DNA of 63,035 nucleotides, filler included, from Globobulimina sp. (taxonomy: Eukaryota): NCBI GenBank assembly GCA_003354225.1. It is 54 parts of 54 records of this genome, joined end to end, with 100 filler letters (N's around TTAATTAATTAA, not from the genome) between each part and the next. Parts side by side here need not be neighbours in the genome. Positions count along the whole stretch, not along the records: positions 12,871 to 13,940 come from PIVH01024337.1; positions 14,041 to 15,110 come from PIVH01024338.1; positions 15,211 to 16,280 come from PIVH01024339.1; positions 16,381 to 17,450 come from PIVH01024340.1; positions 17,551 to 18,620 come from PIVH01024341.1; positions 18,721 to 19,790 come from PIVH01024342.1; positions 19,891 to 20,960 come from PIVH01024343.1; positions 21,061 to 22,130 come from PIVH01024344.1; 46 more parts are not named here. One strand, written 5' to 3'. How positions within the stretch are numbered: the first letter of the stretch is position 1; each line of letters opens with the position of its first letter. This document shows positions 13,156 to 24,763 of this stretch, in pieces. The notes below the pieces were generated by a model that was given only the letters and a program-made list of their open reading frames with translations, was not told the DNA's origin and made no database searches. The position numbers and the translations under genes are program-made.

Positions 13156-13790
13156 TTACATTAAATCCTCCGGATACACAATAATCCCTTCATACTTGTC
13201 GCGAAAATACGCCATACTATCCATTCTGGTGACTTTTTGCCCAGTTCCGATGCGCGATCTATGTCGCTTTCGCATCGCGACTCTAGAACCGGCTCTTCTT
13301 AATACCACAAAAAAATTCATGCCAAATATCCCTGTGCTTGGATCATATTTCATTCCTAAATCGATATGCTCAGTGATGCCGAATCCAAAACATCCCGTAT
13401 CATTAAAACAAGAGTTCTTTAATTCGTATTCTTTTACTTTTAATCCACGATCTAATATTTCGCGAGCTTTGGCGCCACGCACCGTGACACAGCAACTTAT
13501 TTTCTCATTCCTCCGGATTCCAAACGTACGAATGGTATAACGCGCTATTTAGATGTTAATTGAGTGCAAGGATGCTATTTTTGTTTTTATTAATCATCAA
13601 TTTTGAATGTACCTCGTCCAAAAATTGGTTCCTGTCCAGTCAATTGCTCCACGACACGCGCGGCTTTGGTCAATCTGTCGCCTGATTCACCCACATTGCA
13701 GTTCACTATTAACTTTTCAATGTAAATGTCCCTCATTGGGTTCGGCTTTGATGGTCGTTTGGCATCTGATTTAACGGCTGGTTGTGCCAT
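13156..13790 (-). CDS. RPL11: 60S ribosomal protein L11 (uL5); two exons, intron 13545-13612
   Basis: [67 protein letters not shown]...[24 protein letters not shown]; 68-bp GT-AG intron. Confidence 0.98.
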
Positions 13791-14040
13791 TTGGTTATTG
13801 TGTGGTTGATTGTAACGGTTTTGATCGCAGGTTACTATCAACTATTCGCTGATTGAAGTACAGTAGTGAGACTTAAGCGTTTTTTTGGATGTTTTTCAGT
13901 TAACACAAGTCTGAAATCTGCATTAAAAATGATGGTTGTGNNNNNNNNNNNNNNNNNNNNNNNNNNNNNNNNNNNNNNNNNNNNTTAATTAATTAANNNN
14001 NNNNNNNNNNNNNNNNNNNNNNNNNNNNNNNNNNNNNNNN

Positions 14041-15110
14041 TACTCATTTTTTCAGGTGTTGGATTATATAATTTATATCCATTTCTTCTGTCTAATTTAA
14101 CCAAAAAAACTAAACATAACATGGCAATCATTGGTAACAACATTTCAAAATATTGCACGTTTTTATATTTTTCATTTCCGTCTTTTTCCTGAGTTAATGC
14201 TCCAACAACAATATATCCCATAGCAACGGATGTAAATCTCAATGAGTTTACGATGCCATATGCGCTTCCAATTAGTTTCTCTGTCTTTGTGTCCAATAAA
14301 AGTGGGATTGCTGGCCATATCATAGAATACAAAATTGCCATTGAGAATGCAAATACAATCACAGTAAACACTGAAAAATAGATATTAATATGTACAAAAC
14401 CAAACAAATAATGTGTTGTACAAAGCAATACAGTGGCAACTAACAGAAAATAACATTTTTTACCAAATTTATCTGTTAAATATCCAAATAACGGCATCAC
14501 GAACATCTGTGTACTGCCATTAAACATAGGTAATAAAGATGCGACGGAATAGCTATATCCATTCATATGATGAAAAAAACTCACTTGTATATTTGAAAAT
14601 GTTTCATTAGACACCATACATAAACACGAAGCACAAACTAATAACCAAAACATTAAAGGCAATTCTTTGAGATCAGCAATCTTAAAATTGTTTGTATCTT
14701 TTGTTATCTCTTCAGTTACGATCAAATGCGTCAATTCAACATCAACTGGTTCTGGATGTGTCTTATGACAGTTATGTGTATATACAAAGTATAACAATAA
14801 CGGCATGGCTAATATTGGACAAATAATGACTGGTATGGCCAATGAAAATTGTATTGAGTTAAACAATGAATAGATTTGATATACAAATATTGAATTTATT
14901 GAGAAGGACGCTGAATAAAAAGAAATTAGGACTGCTAATACTAGCGCATAATGCTTTTTGTCAACGTTGACAACAGCAATTACCTTTAATGCTACATTTA
15001 ATGGTTCGTTACCAATGCCCATTACTACTCTTCCAATACATAACATTGTGAATGATGTGTATGTGGCTGATAATGTAGCAATAACACCTCCAATCATTGT
15101 TAAAAAAATT
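14041..15110 (-). CDS. MFS transporter (MFSD1-like), partial
   Basis: GRVVMGIGNE, FGYLTDKFGKK, WPAIPLL, GSAYG motifs; about 10 TM segments. Confidence 0.88.
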
Positions 15111-15280
15111 NNNNNNNNNNNNNNNNNNNNNNNNNNNNNNNNNNNNNNNNNNNNTTAATTAATTAANNNNNNNNNNNNNNNNNNNNNNNNNNNNNNNNNN
15201 NNNNNNNNNNTTAAGCTGAGTTTTTTAATAGTTAGATCTTTTTGTTTTCAATTTGAAACTCGTTTTAACAGTTATTCAAC

Positions 15281-16280
15281 TTATATGCGACTCACACAAT
15301 ATTCACATTTATCATTCAAACACCTACACTCATTCTGGCTGTCCAGATGCACAAAATATTTTATTTGCTTTGTCTGTGCCCCAACATATTTGGTAAATAT
15401 CTGTTTTTCTTTTCGTTGTTGAATTTGACATTTTCTCCACACACTCTCATGTTTCTCACCATGCTCCGGATGGTACGCATAATTTACATACACATAATCG
15501 CCTCCTTTCAACTGCTTCATACATGGCCGCGACACATAATTCCTGCCACTCACAGACTTATGGCGAGCAATCCATTGCCAATCCTTAACATTAATATGCC
15601 GATCAAACGAGTCATCATAGCCAACATAACGTAATTTAATGAGTCTTTCAGTAATCCCAATCACCTTTGCCTCGAACCAGCTGCCTCTGCCATCTCTTTT
15701 ATCCACAAAATCTCCAATTTTCAAATTTTTACGTTCAGGCAGTGTTAGTAAAACGTCATACAACTTAAATCCCACATTTTTTAAACTTTTATTGTTTATT
15801 ATCTCCAACAACGTATCTGACGATAAAATATCATCGTTTTTAATGGTACTCAATAAATATTCAGTTGACAATTTTTTTAATTTCATGCATTTTAAAAAAT
15901 TATTTTTAAATAACGACTGCCATTCTTCCTCTGTTTCTGATTTGATACAATAATTTTTAACAGCTTCATATTTGCTCGTTTCTGACGGAAACAAATCCGT
16001 TGCAATCACCTTTTGTACGATGAACGGCGTCAATTCAATGAATCTGACATCAGTTACAAGCGCAATTAAATGGTCTTCGATGAATTTAGCATTTCGCAAC
16101 AAATTTGGAATGGTTTCTGCAAAGACAGATGGTGCATATTCTTGAAAGGATGCTAAAATAACAAATAAATCGTCAATGTTTGCGACGGAATGCAATTTTT
16201 GTATGCATTCGTACATTACAATATGGATTAAATATTTCTGTGCAGCATACAATACATCCACAACAATGTCATATGTTAAT
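15281..16280 (-). CDS. BTB/BACK-type protein with C-terminal Tudor/MBT-like repeats, partial
   Basis: VLYAAQKYLI (BTB end), BACK-like helices, LKIGDFVDKRDGRGSWFEAKVIG...LRYVGYDDSFDRHI (Tudor/chromo-barrel pattern). Confidence 0.7.
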
Positions 16281-16395
16281 NNNNNNNNNNNNNNNNNNNN
16301 NNNNNNNNNNNNNNNNNNNNNNNNTTAATTAATTAANNNNNNNNNNNNNNNNNNNNNNNNNNNNNNNNNNNNNNNNNNNNAGTTGATTTTGAGTG

Positions 16396-16660
16396 GATGT
16401 AGTGACTTATTTGACAAGATACGGAGAAAATGGTATGCATTTTCGAAATCAGCATAAAAAACTGAGCAAAACACTTGGTTTTCGTGGCTAAAGTCGAAAT
16501 GTTTTTTTTACGTGGTCTCTGACATGGGTGATTTTGAGCAACCGTAGTGATTGAGTTCTTGAGTTATGGGGAAAATGGTATACATTTTTGAAATCAGCAT
16601 AAAAAGCTGTACAAAATCCTTTATTTTCATGTCTAAATTCGAAAATATTTTTTTTACTCA
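16396..16660. repeat. Diverged direct repeat (two copies, ~140-bp period) in a non-coding contig, probably transposon-derived
   Basis: GAAAATGGTAT(G/A)CATTTT(C/T)GAAATCAGCATAAAAA occurs at ~16426 and ~16571 with similar flanks. Confidence 0.6.
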
Positions 16661-17734
16661 CCCCGAAAATTTTCTTCGACGGTCAAAATCACCCCGTGCC
16701 CCCCCCTAAATCGATATCTCAAATATGTTAGTTATGTTCAGAAATGTTAGAGCTATCGATTTACAGAAGAAAATCCGCCCGCACTGATGACCTAGTGGCC
16801 CAAATATACCAATATGTGAACCATGTTTTACTCAAAATTTTGAACATGGCGATATTTTAGAGCCGTGGAAGCTACACTAGTAGTTGGAATGCCGATATTT
16901 GGTAGTTTTCTGATAGTTCTGATCATTCTGTTTAAAATAAGACCCTTTCCAGCTTTCTAGGTCGATCTGATGAGAAACTGTGACGATTTTTGCAAACATC
17001 CCTCATGTGTGCAAATATATGCAAATTTATGCGACATGCATACAAAGAGTTGCTTACTCTGACCAAACCAAAGGCCGGAGGCCGAAACGGACACCGGATT
17101 CGTGTTTTCCATGGTCGACTTGGGGGGTACATATTCGGTTTTTAGAAATCACAGACTGGTCCAAATCCTTAAGCAATAATGAGGCAAAATGGCTCACTTT
17201 GTAAAAAAGTCGATGTTAACGTTTTCATACTCAATATGTGATATGGTTAAAGTTTCACGCAGGTACATTAAATTCGCATACTTGTTTGTACTACATACAA
17301 TCAACAGTACAAACTAAAACACATGTGGTATATTGTGTATGCATGGAAACAAACATACAGTATTGCATACTACAGCAGAGTACAGCATTAGGACAGCATC
17401 GCGTTGCTGTAAGGAAAGCAAGGTATTTCCGAAGATGGGACCGACAACTTNNNNNNNNNNNNNNNNNNNNNNNNNNNNNNNNNNNNNNNNNNNNTTAATT
17501 AATTAANNNNNNNNNNNNNNNNNNNNNNNNNNNNNNNNNNNNNNNNNNNNTTCGAAAATGGTATTAGTTTATCTTGTATTTTATAAATAGTTTACTCATT
17601 AACAGTGTAAGTTGTCCTCCATACTAGATACAGTATAGAACAAATCATATAAAAATACGTATAATTAAAAAAATAAGCGAAGAAAAAAAAATAAAGAAAA
17701 AATATGAAAAATAACTACCTGATTCTATTAAAAA

Positions 17735-18620
17735 TCACTTACGAACCACTTTAGTATTACTATGTTTATTTTTTTGTTTTTCCATTTTAGCCCTTATCAA
17801 TCTCCGAATCTGTGGTTTATGTCCATGGCCATCATTATCTGTCTCTGCATACTTATCATTTATCCATATTTCAAAATTTGTGTCAAATCTATCCATTGCT
17901 CTTTCCATATAACTCCCATATTTTCGGAAAACAAACCTTGGGACAATTTGACCCATTTCTGCTTGAAACACAGGCAATATTCTCTGCAATTTTTGTTTTT
18001 GCGTTGGAAATGCTTTAGTTTGTCGATGAAAATATAAATCCGCATATAAAACACGTAGAGTATATATCCATGGTTGAGTCCATTGATAATATTTATCATT
18101 CATTGCTGTTTTTAATGTTTTCAAATATTCAAATATTTGTACACGCCGTGTATCGCCTTGACTATAACTTTTATATTCTTCCTGCAATATATCAGTCAAT
18201 GAATATACAAACAGTGGAAATAATTCTGTTTCAAATAAGTCATAAATTTGTTCCCGTTTTGCTGAATCACTTCTTTTATTGGTATCTTTTTCAAATGTTG
18301 CAAAAGTATCATTCATCACATATAATTCTGCGACAATTTCAAAAATCCAACATTTATCTGTGTTGGATTCTGTTGTTAACTTTAATTCCCACCATGCTTC
18401 GAATAAGTTTTGTTCTTCGTCGCTCCCCGAATTACGTTGTGCCAATATTTCATCATAGTGTTCTGTATGATATTTATCACGCATTTGTTGTTTAAATGCT
18501 TGGTATGTTGCGCCCATATCACCAGTGCTTGTTTGCAATCTTGGTAAACCTAATTCAAATTTACAATATTGATAGCAAGTATGCATAAACTGTTTCTTGA
18601 ACTGATTGATCGCAATGGAA
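17735..18620 (-). CDS. Hypothetical alpha-helical protein, 3' part
   Basis: At least 283 open codons; no motif recognised. Confidence 0.6.
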
Positions 18621-18720
18621 NNNNNNNNNNNNNNNNNNNNNNNNNNNNNNNNNNNNNNNNNNNNTTAATTAATTAANNNNNNNNNNNNNNNNNNNNNNNN
18701 NNNNNNNNNNNNNNNNNNNN

Positions 18721-19790
18721 ACAGGGAAAGTATTTAATGTTGATGAATGCTCGTATATTGAAACAATAATAAAAGCGTTGAAGCAATTTGATGAGGCAAA
18801 TATGGATAAAATTAGTATATCCGATGTATTGGCAGCTTATGATCATGTAATATCTGTGCATAATTTGTGTAAAGTTGGGAGTGAGGAGGGAGAACAAAAA
18901 GAATCACAACCATTTGAGAAAATTGATCACATAAAACACAACAATGAATTACAGGAATATATTATTAATGCGTTTAATGGATATTGTAAATCAGAGAAAT
19001 GTATAATACTCAAAAAACATATCATGCGAAGACGAGAACGTGTTATGAATGAAGAAGATGAGAAAAAGGAAGATATAATGAATAATAATGATGATCATAA
19101 CCAGCATACATTGAATGAGATATTAGAGGCTACGATGAATGCGTTGCATTGTTACATTCTCCATGAAAGGAAACAATTATTTCGTTTACAACGAAGAATT
19201 GGAGAGTCGCATTTTATTGCACCGATAATGGATGAAGTAATACAGGATAACATTGATAATGCAAATGTTGTTCCAAATATTAATTTTGGAGTATCAGTTT
19301 TGAACTGGTTGGGTTATTCCGAAGAGTCTTCGTTTGATGAATTCCGTAATGAAATTATACAAAATCCAGAATCAACAATCAATCAAGAAATGTTATTAAA
19401 TTTCGCCCAAGAATGCTACTTCAAAGTCAAAAATAGAAAATATGAGCAATATTTATTGGAGGAAATGATTGCATTGAAAATTTACACCGATTCTAATTCA
19501 TTTCAATCTGCGCTGCGAAGAGCTTTTTGGAAGTCATCAACAATAGAAACAAAAAAGATGTTTTATCAATGGGCCATGTTACTTTATAAAACTTCACTGT
19601 TTCACGCCAGACCAATTCCGAGATGGACACTCAAATCTAATTCACCTCAGAAAATATATCATGGTATGTACAGTATACTGTTTTAATTGCATGATACATA
19701 TATATATATATATATTATATAAAATATTAGGTCTTAATCGCGTTTTTGTTTTGGATAATGCGCGTCCGAAATATAATGGACCAACCTCAA
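18721..19790 (+). CDS. Putative mono-ADP-ribosyltransferase-fold protein, partial (intron 19664-19730)
   Basis: Open from contig start; spliced C-terminus ALKIYTDSNSFQSALRRAFW...KIYHG|LNRVFVLDNARPKYNGPTS resembles the ART YT...Y(R/H)G...STS layout. Confidence 0.5.
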
Positions 19791-20087
19791 NNNNNNNNNN
19801 NNNNNNNNNNNNNNNNNNNNNNNNNNNNNNNNNNTTAATTAATTAANNNNNNNNNNNNNNNNNNNNNNNNNNNNNNNNNNNNNNNNNNNNATCCTTAAAT
19901 GTGACTATATGCGATTTATCGTTGTTGGTTGGGATATTATTGGCATTTAGATAGCGATGCGTGTAATTAATAGCTTTTTGCATCATAGGATACATTTTCT
20001 TGGCTATTTCACTGTACATTTTGTTTGGTTGTAATAAGATAAAATCATTGATCGATATTTTGTCATTCATCGTAGAGTAATTATACG

Positions 20088-20330
20088 TTACATGTAATAA
20101 TTAATGATTAAAATGTAATAATTAATATCATCCATCAGTATTTTTGGTTGGATCTTTGCCAGAATGTTATCGGACTTATCGTATAAAATATAATTCTCAT
20201 TTAAATGCATACCGCGGATTGACATAAATACACCATTGCAAACCGGCGGGGATGAAACCCTGTGAAAACAATGAAACCGGCGGGGAATTATTATTGTTGG
20301 TTTGAAGGTCGTTGAGTGAGTTATATTCAT
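20088..20330 (-). CDS. Small ORF (~80 aa) on the 951-bp unit
   Basis: MNITHSTTFKPT...NYYM*; same strand, ends 17 bp before the ATG of the 172-aa ORF. Confidence 0.35.
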   Translation of the reverse strand: MNITHSTTFKPTIIIPRRFHCFHRVSSPPVCNGVFMSIRGMHLNENYILYDKSDNILAKIQPKILMDDINYYILIINYYM

Positions 20331-20502
20331 CAAGCTCCATTTTTTCACTAAGCTGGTTGTGATAGTGGTTGGTGTGGTTAGTGTTGTTTTCGGTATTTAG
20401 GTTTGGGTGATTTTGATGGTATTTTTTTATTTTGTCTAATAATGTGTGGTTTAATGGTTTGCTGATGAGTTTGATTTGTATACCTAGTTTTTTGGTGATG
20501 AA

Positions 20503-20960
20503 CTAATCAACTAATTTATTCTTGATGTTTGTTTGTGTGATAATAAATTGGTTATACTCATACTCATTCATAAAGAGTATACAATTTACATCATCGGCAT
20601 CCTTGCAATAAATCCATATATTTTCTCTTATTGCATAATTTATGAATTTCACAGTCAAAATCTTGCCGTATTTCTTGTTAAATCTTTCAATGATTTTTGT
20701 TTTTGTCAATGCATAGATTGGTTGCCTACATTTGCGGATTCTTATTTTATTGAATTTAATCATTGATATTTGGATGTTTGTTATGATTGGAATGCATTCA
20801 TTGAATTCTGATTGGAATTGTATCAATTTCTGATAATAATAATCCTTAAATGTGACTATATGCGATTTATCGTTGTTGGTTGGGATATTATTGGCATTTA
20901 GATAGCGATGCGTGTAATTAATAGCTTTTTGCATCATAGGATACATTTTCTTGGCTATTT
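20503..20960 (-). CDS. 172-aa ORF spanning the junction (starts ATG 20070, continues 20960 to 20503), C-terminal degenerate RRM-like fold
   Basis: Track ORFs 19843-20070 and 20503-20946 share MYPMMQKAINY...TFKD and fuse on circularisation; KIRIRK...TKTKIIERFNKKYGKILTVKFI...NIWIYCKDADDVNCILFMN resembles RRM topology. Confidence 0.6.
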
Positions 20961-21060
20961 NNNNNNNNNNNNNNNNNNNNNNNNNNNNNNNNNNNNNNNN
21001 NNNNTTAATTAATTAANNNNNNNNNNNNNNNNNNNNNNNNNNNNNNNNNNNNNNNNNNNN

Positions 21061-22127
21061 GCCAACTCGAAACCGAAAATCGCGGTTATATCCAATTCGA
21101 AGGCTGTCGCATTGTGGCCAACGAAGATGAAAAAGTGGAGATTATGAGCAACGAAGAAAAGAACATCAACGCAATCATGGCGCAGTTACATAGCAATGTA
21201 GCTGGCAATTCCTTCGCCGATTCCATACTAAGCAATCACTTAAATGCTAACAACGTACATAGCAAACCCAAAAAGAAGAAAATGAGTCATCGCTCTCACT
21301 CCAAAAAAGAGAAGAAAAGAGGGAAAAAGAAAAAGAAAACAAAAAGGAAAACAAAGAAAACAGTGCTCCCGATCCAAGTGGAGGTGGATATGGATGATGA
21401 AGATACGGATAAATTGCGTGAGATGGATGAAAATAATGAGTTTGGCATTGGTGCCAATGCAGAGGAACATGTGTGGCAACCACGGAGAGACAGTGTCAGA
21501 GAGAGCAATCGGGAGCATATGCACAGGAATGAGAGAAATGAGATTCATGACAGAATGGAAGAGGTGGACGAGTTTGAGAGGAAGGATACCGATCGCGACA
21601 TTGACGTGAACTTAATGGCAATGTATCAGCGTGGTTTTGAGCAACAATTAAATAAAATGCATTATGCGTCGGATACAGCGTACGAGCAAATCATGGAAGA
21701 CATCTCAACCAATGGCATCTCGCAGAGCCACATCTATCACAAATATCGCATCGATTTCATTCCCGACGAGTCTTCGTTTAAATTGATCTCGCCGCCAAAC
21801 ATATACTTCACCAACAAAAACACGCATAATATCGGCGCGCATCAACACAAGCAGCAACATATCAAAAATAAGGCCTTTGCCAACTTCTATGGCTTAACTC
21901 GAATGCAACAGAAATATATCGAGAGAAACGATGGCGACTATAATCGGAGGCAAAATGATGTACACAACGCCGCGGCGGATACAAATGCAGATATACCCGG
22001 CGAGGACGAGGAGGTGGACGGGGACGTGGACGTAGATATGGATATATTGCACGCTATATTAGGCAGCGCGCCGCCGGATATGTTAGATGTGCTGTTAAAT
22101 CACGACAAATTGCCGCAATGGATGTAG
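21061..22127 (+). CDS. Low-complexity K/E/D-rich hypothetical protein, 3' part
   Basis: 337-aa ORF with poly-K tract and acidic stretches. Confidence 0.6.
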
Positions 22128-22230
22128 GAANNNNNNNNNNNNNNNNNNNNNNNNNNNNNNNNNNNNNNNNNNNNTTAATTAATTAANNNNNNNNNNNNNN
22201 NNNNNNNNNNNNNNNNNNNNNNNNNNNNNN

Positions 22231-23300
22231 AATATTTTACGTTTCTCAAATTGCATTGCGAGTTTACCAAAAATAGGACCACTTACAGCACTCGATAAGA
22301 AAAACCCTCCTGATATTAAACTCGCACTTTCCCGGTCATAGCCAAACTTCACCATCAAATAGCTTATGAACCACATACCTGTTTATTTATAAAACTGCTT
22401 AGTATATGATCAAAAATGTCGGAGCCATCCCGCAAATCTATTGAGAATTCTGTTTTTGTATAGCACTAAACAGAGAATTAATATCGTCAAATTACAATGT
22501 TTCTGTGGGAATGGCTTCGAAATGTCAAATCATATAAGCAACCATTAAATGAATTGACCAAAACTACGCCTCTGAAGCCCCACAATGACAATAACCAATT
22601 CCATTTCAGACAAAAAGCTCTTTTGAATGATTGTTTCAATTCATAGAGAACAGTGTTAGATCCCTCAGTCATAGTATTTGACAATAAATGTGTTTCATCA
22701 TTCTTTAATTTATGCGAATTCGAACTTATAATCAAATTAAAACAACAGATTTTGGAACTGATATTTGATTTAAAATGGCAAAGCTTTTCGGAGAGGCATT
22801 GATTGTTTGGTTGTAATGCAGATACCGTCAAATGGCAAATTGGCCCTTTAAGCTTTTCGTAAAAACGTTACCTTTTTGAAATGAAACATGTTTGTTTACA
22901 CAGCAGTATAACAAAAACATGGTTCATTTCAAAAAGGTAACATTTCAATTATGCTCTCCGGAATGTTTTGTCAATGAAAAAATGAAAAGTTCAAAAAGAT
23001 GTTGCTTTAATTAATACGTACCGCGATGTTAATTGTGTATGTCCACTAAAACTCTTTTCATATTCTTTAATTGAATTAATACCATGACAGCAGAGTAATA
23101 TACAAAATAAAATGGCGGTAAATATGGAAATACAACCTAAGGCCATAAATATGGATCTCCAGTCATCGAATTGAGCATAAATCAATGCTTGAATATAATT
23201 ACCAAAAAACACACCAACGTAAGACAAAAACAGTTGTACTCCCATAACAAATGGAAATTGTGCTCTCGTGAACATATCATCCAAAATAGACATGACACAT
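22231..23300 (-). CDS. MFS transporter, multi-exon fragment (paralogue of 2-667)
   Basis: Exons ~23022-23300, ~22536-22790 and 22231-22378: GNYIQALIYAQFDDWRSIFMALG, WNWLLSLW, GMWFISYLMVKFGYDRESAS...GPIFGKLAMQFEKRK; splice boundaries approximate. Confidence 0.75.
22867..22941. repeat. Intronic inverted repeat (27-bp arms, 1 mismatch)
   Basis: GTTACCTTTTTGAAATGAAACATGTTT ... AAACATGGTTCATTTCAAAAAGGTAAC. Confidence 0.85.
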
Positions 23301-23400
23301 NNNNNNNNNNNNNNNNNNNNNNNNNNNNNNNNNNNNNNNNNNNNTTAATTAATTAANNNNNNNNNNNNNNNNNNNNNNNNNNNNNNNNNNNNNNNNNNNN

Positions 23401-24469
23401 ATCTGATTTATCCCGATCTTTTTGTGTCGTATTTGCATCAGTTTTGATATCCGCCATAAATGATAATATCCGCCCATTATGACCAGTTCTCTGCGAATTT
23501 TTATAATCAAATACCAATCTCGGCAATGATTTATTGACCATATCATCAATTTGATCAGAAGAATAAAATAATTTTAACTTCTCTTTTTGTCGTAATTTAT
23601 ACCCATAAACAATAAAAACCAAACACATCAATACCAGCCACAAAACACAAGCAACATAAAACAAAAATAAATCCGTCTTTTCTCTATACTCTTCGTCGTC
23701 GATTGTCGATATAAATACTGATTCAATCATCACAAGAATTAAAAATAAGTATGACACCAATATATATTTATCAATAAATGTAAGATATGCTACATTGGGC
23801 AATTTATCCTATGTATAAAATACAAATTAAATAAAATATAGAAAAAGTGACTGTGAGCACATAACTTGAATAACAATGCTAAAAGCAACACATGTTAAAA
23901 TCAACGTGATTAACAAACTGAACCTCTCACCAATTTGGTCATGGTGCAAATAAAAAGCACACAAACTTAAGCCACACAACGCACACAACAACAACACAAT
24001 ATTTATCACAAAAACCCTCCATTTCCGTTGCATCTTCAATCTGATCGCGATAGTTGGATAGGAGCGGCCCTTCATGCGACCCGAAGAATCGTCTGCGAAT
24101 TCTATCATTGCAGTGCTTAAGTCCCATTCATCCAAAACAGAATATCGCGGATCGATGCTGGCAAAGGTTGGAGCTCTCAGCTCAGGCAAGAATATATATT
24201 GCTGTTTGTTTACGAAGTTTCCTTTGATAATACAGGATAAGTCCTGACAATCAAAGGGAAACGCCTGCAATTCCAATTCCTCTGCAAATGTTATGTCGCA
24301 TTCTAAGTTGGTTCGAATAAAATGACACAATCGGGGATCAAACTGAGTTTCGTGGCACCTCTCATTCGCGTCATCGACCCAGAAATCTTTGAACATTTCA
24401 ACCTTGTATTTGCCAAATTCTGGATATTCAAATGTTTCCTGTTCATGCATAGAGTGAGAAATGGTTGCG
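23401..24469 (-). CDS. Pentameric ligand-gated ion channel (Cys-less Pro-loop type), partial; intron 23809-23865
   Basis: LELQAFPFDCQDL loop, LDEW, R..VFVINIVL (M1), GERFSLLITLILTCVAF (M2), spliced IQ|DKLPNVAYLTFIDKY (M2-M3), M4. Confidence 0.92.
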
Positions 24470-24763
24470 NNNNNNNNNNNNNNNNNNNNNNNNNNNNNNN
24501 NNNNNNNNNNNNNTTAATTAATTAANNNNNNNNNNNNNNNNNNNNNNNNNNNNNNNNNNNNNNNNNNNNTGTGCACAAACTATTTAGTGTTTATTTTATT
24601 TATTTTGCATTTTTTTAGCTATAGATCTAGATTCTAGACTCGTGTACTTACCACATGGTGAAATATAGGGATTCTTATATCTGTAGAGCTTGTATGACGA
24701 CACTATGATCACTACTCAATACTAACTACTTTAAAAATACAACAAATAAAACCGTCCAACATC

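Larger units (their letters stand above)
19891..20960. other. Contig with 119-bp exact terminal direct repeat: 951-bp circle or tandem-repeat unit
   Basis: 19891-20009 is identical to 20842-20960. Confidence 0.93.

Noticed and set aside
13130-13540. 136-aa plus-strand ORF
   Set aside because: Antisense shadow of RPL11; the same applies to most short ORFs opposite long genes.
20462-20515. CTGATGAG as a hammerhead ribozyme core (also 16784 and 16967)
   Set aside because: No stem II followed by GAAA with closing stems I and III.
19891-20960. Obelisk, viroid-like RNA or CRESS virus identity for the 951-bp unit
   Set aside because: By eye there is no rod-like self-complementarity, Oblin-1 motif, HUH Rep motif or TAGTATTAC-type stem-loop; the data appear to be genomic DNA. 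A folding run would be the formal test.
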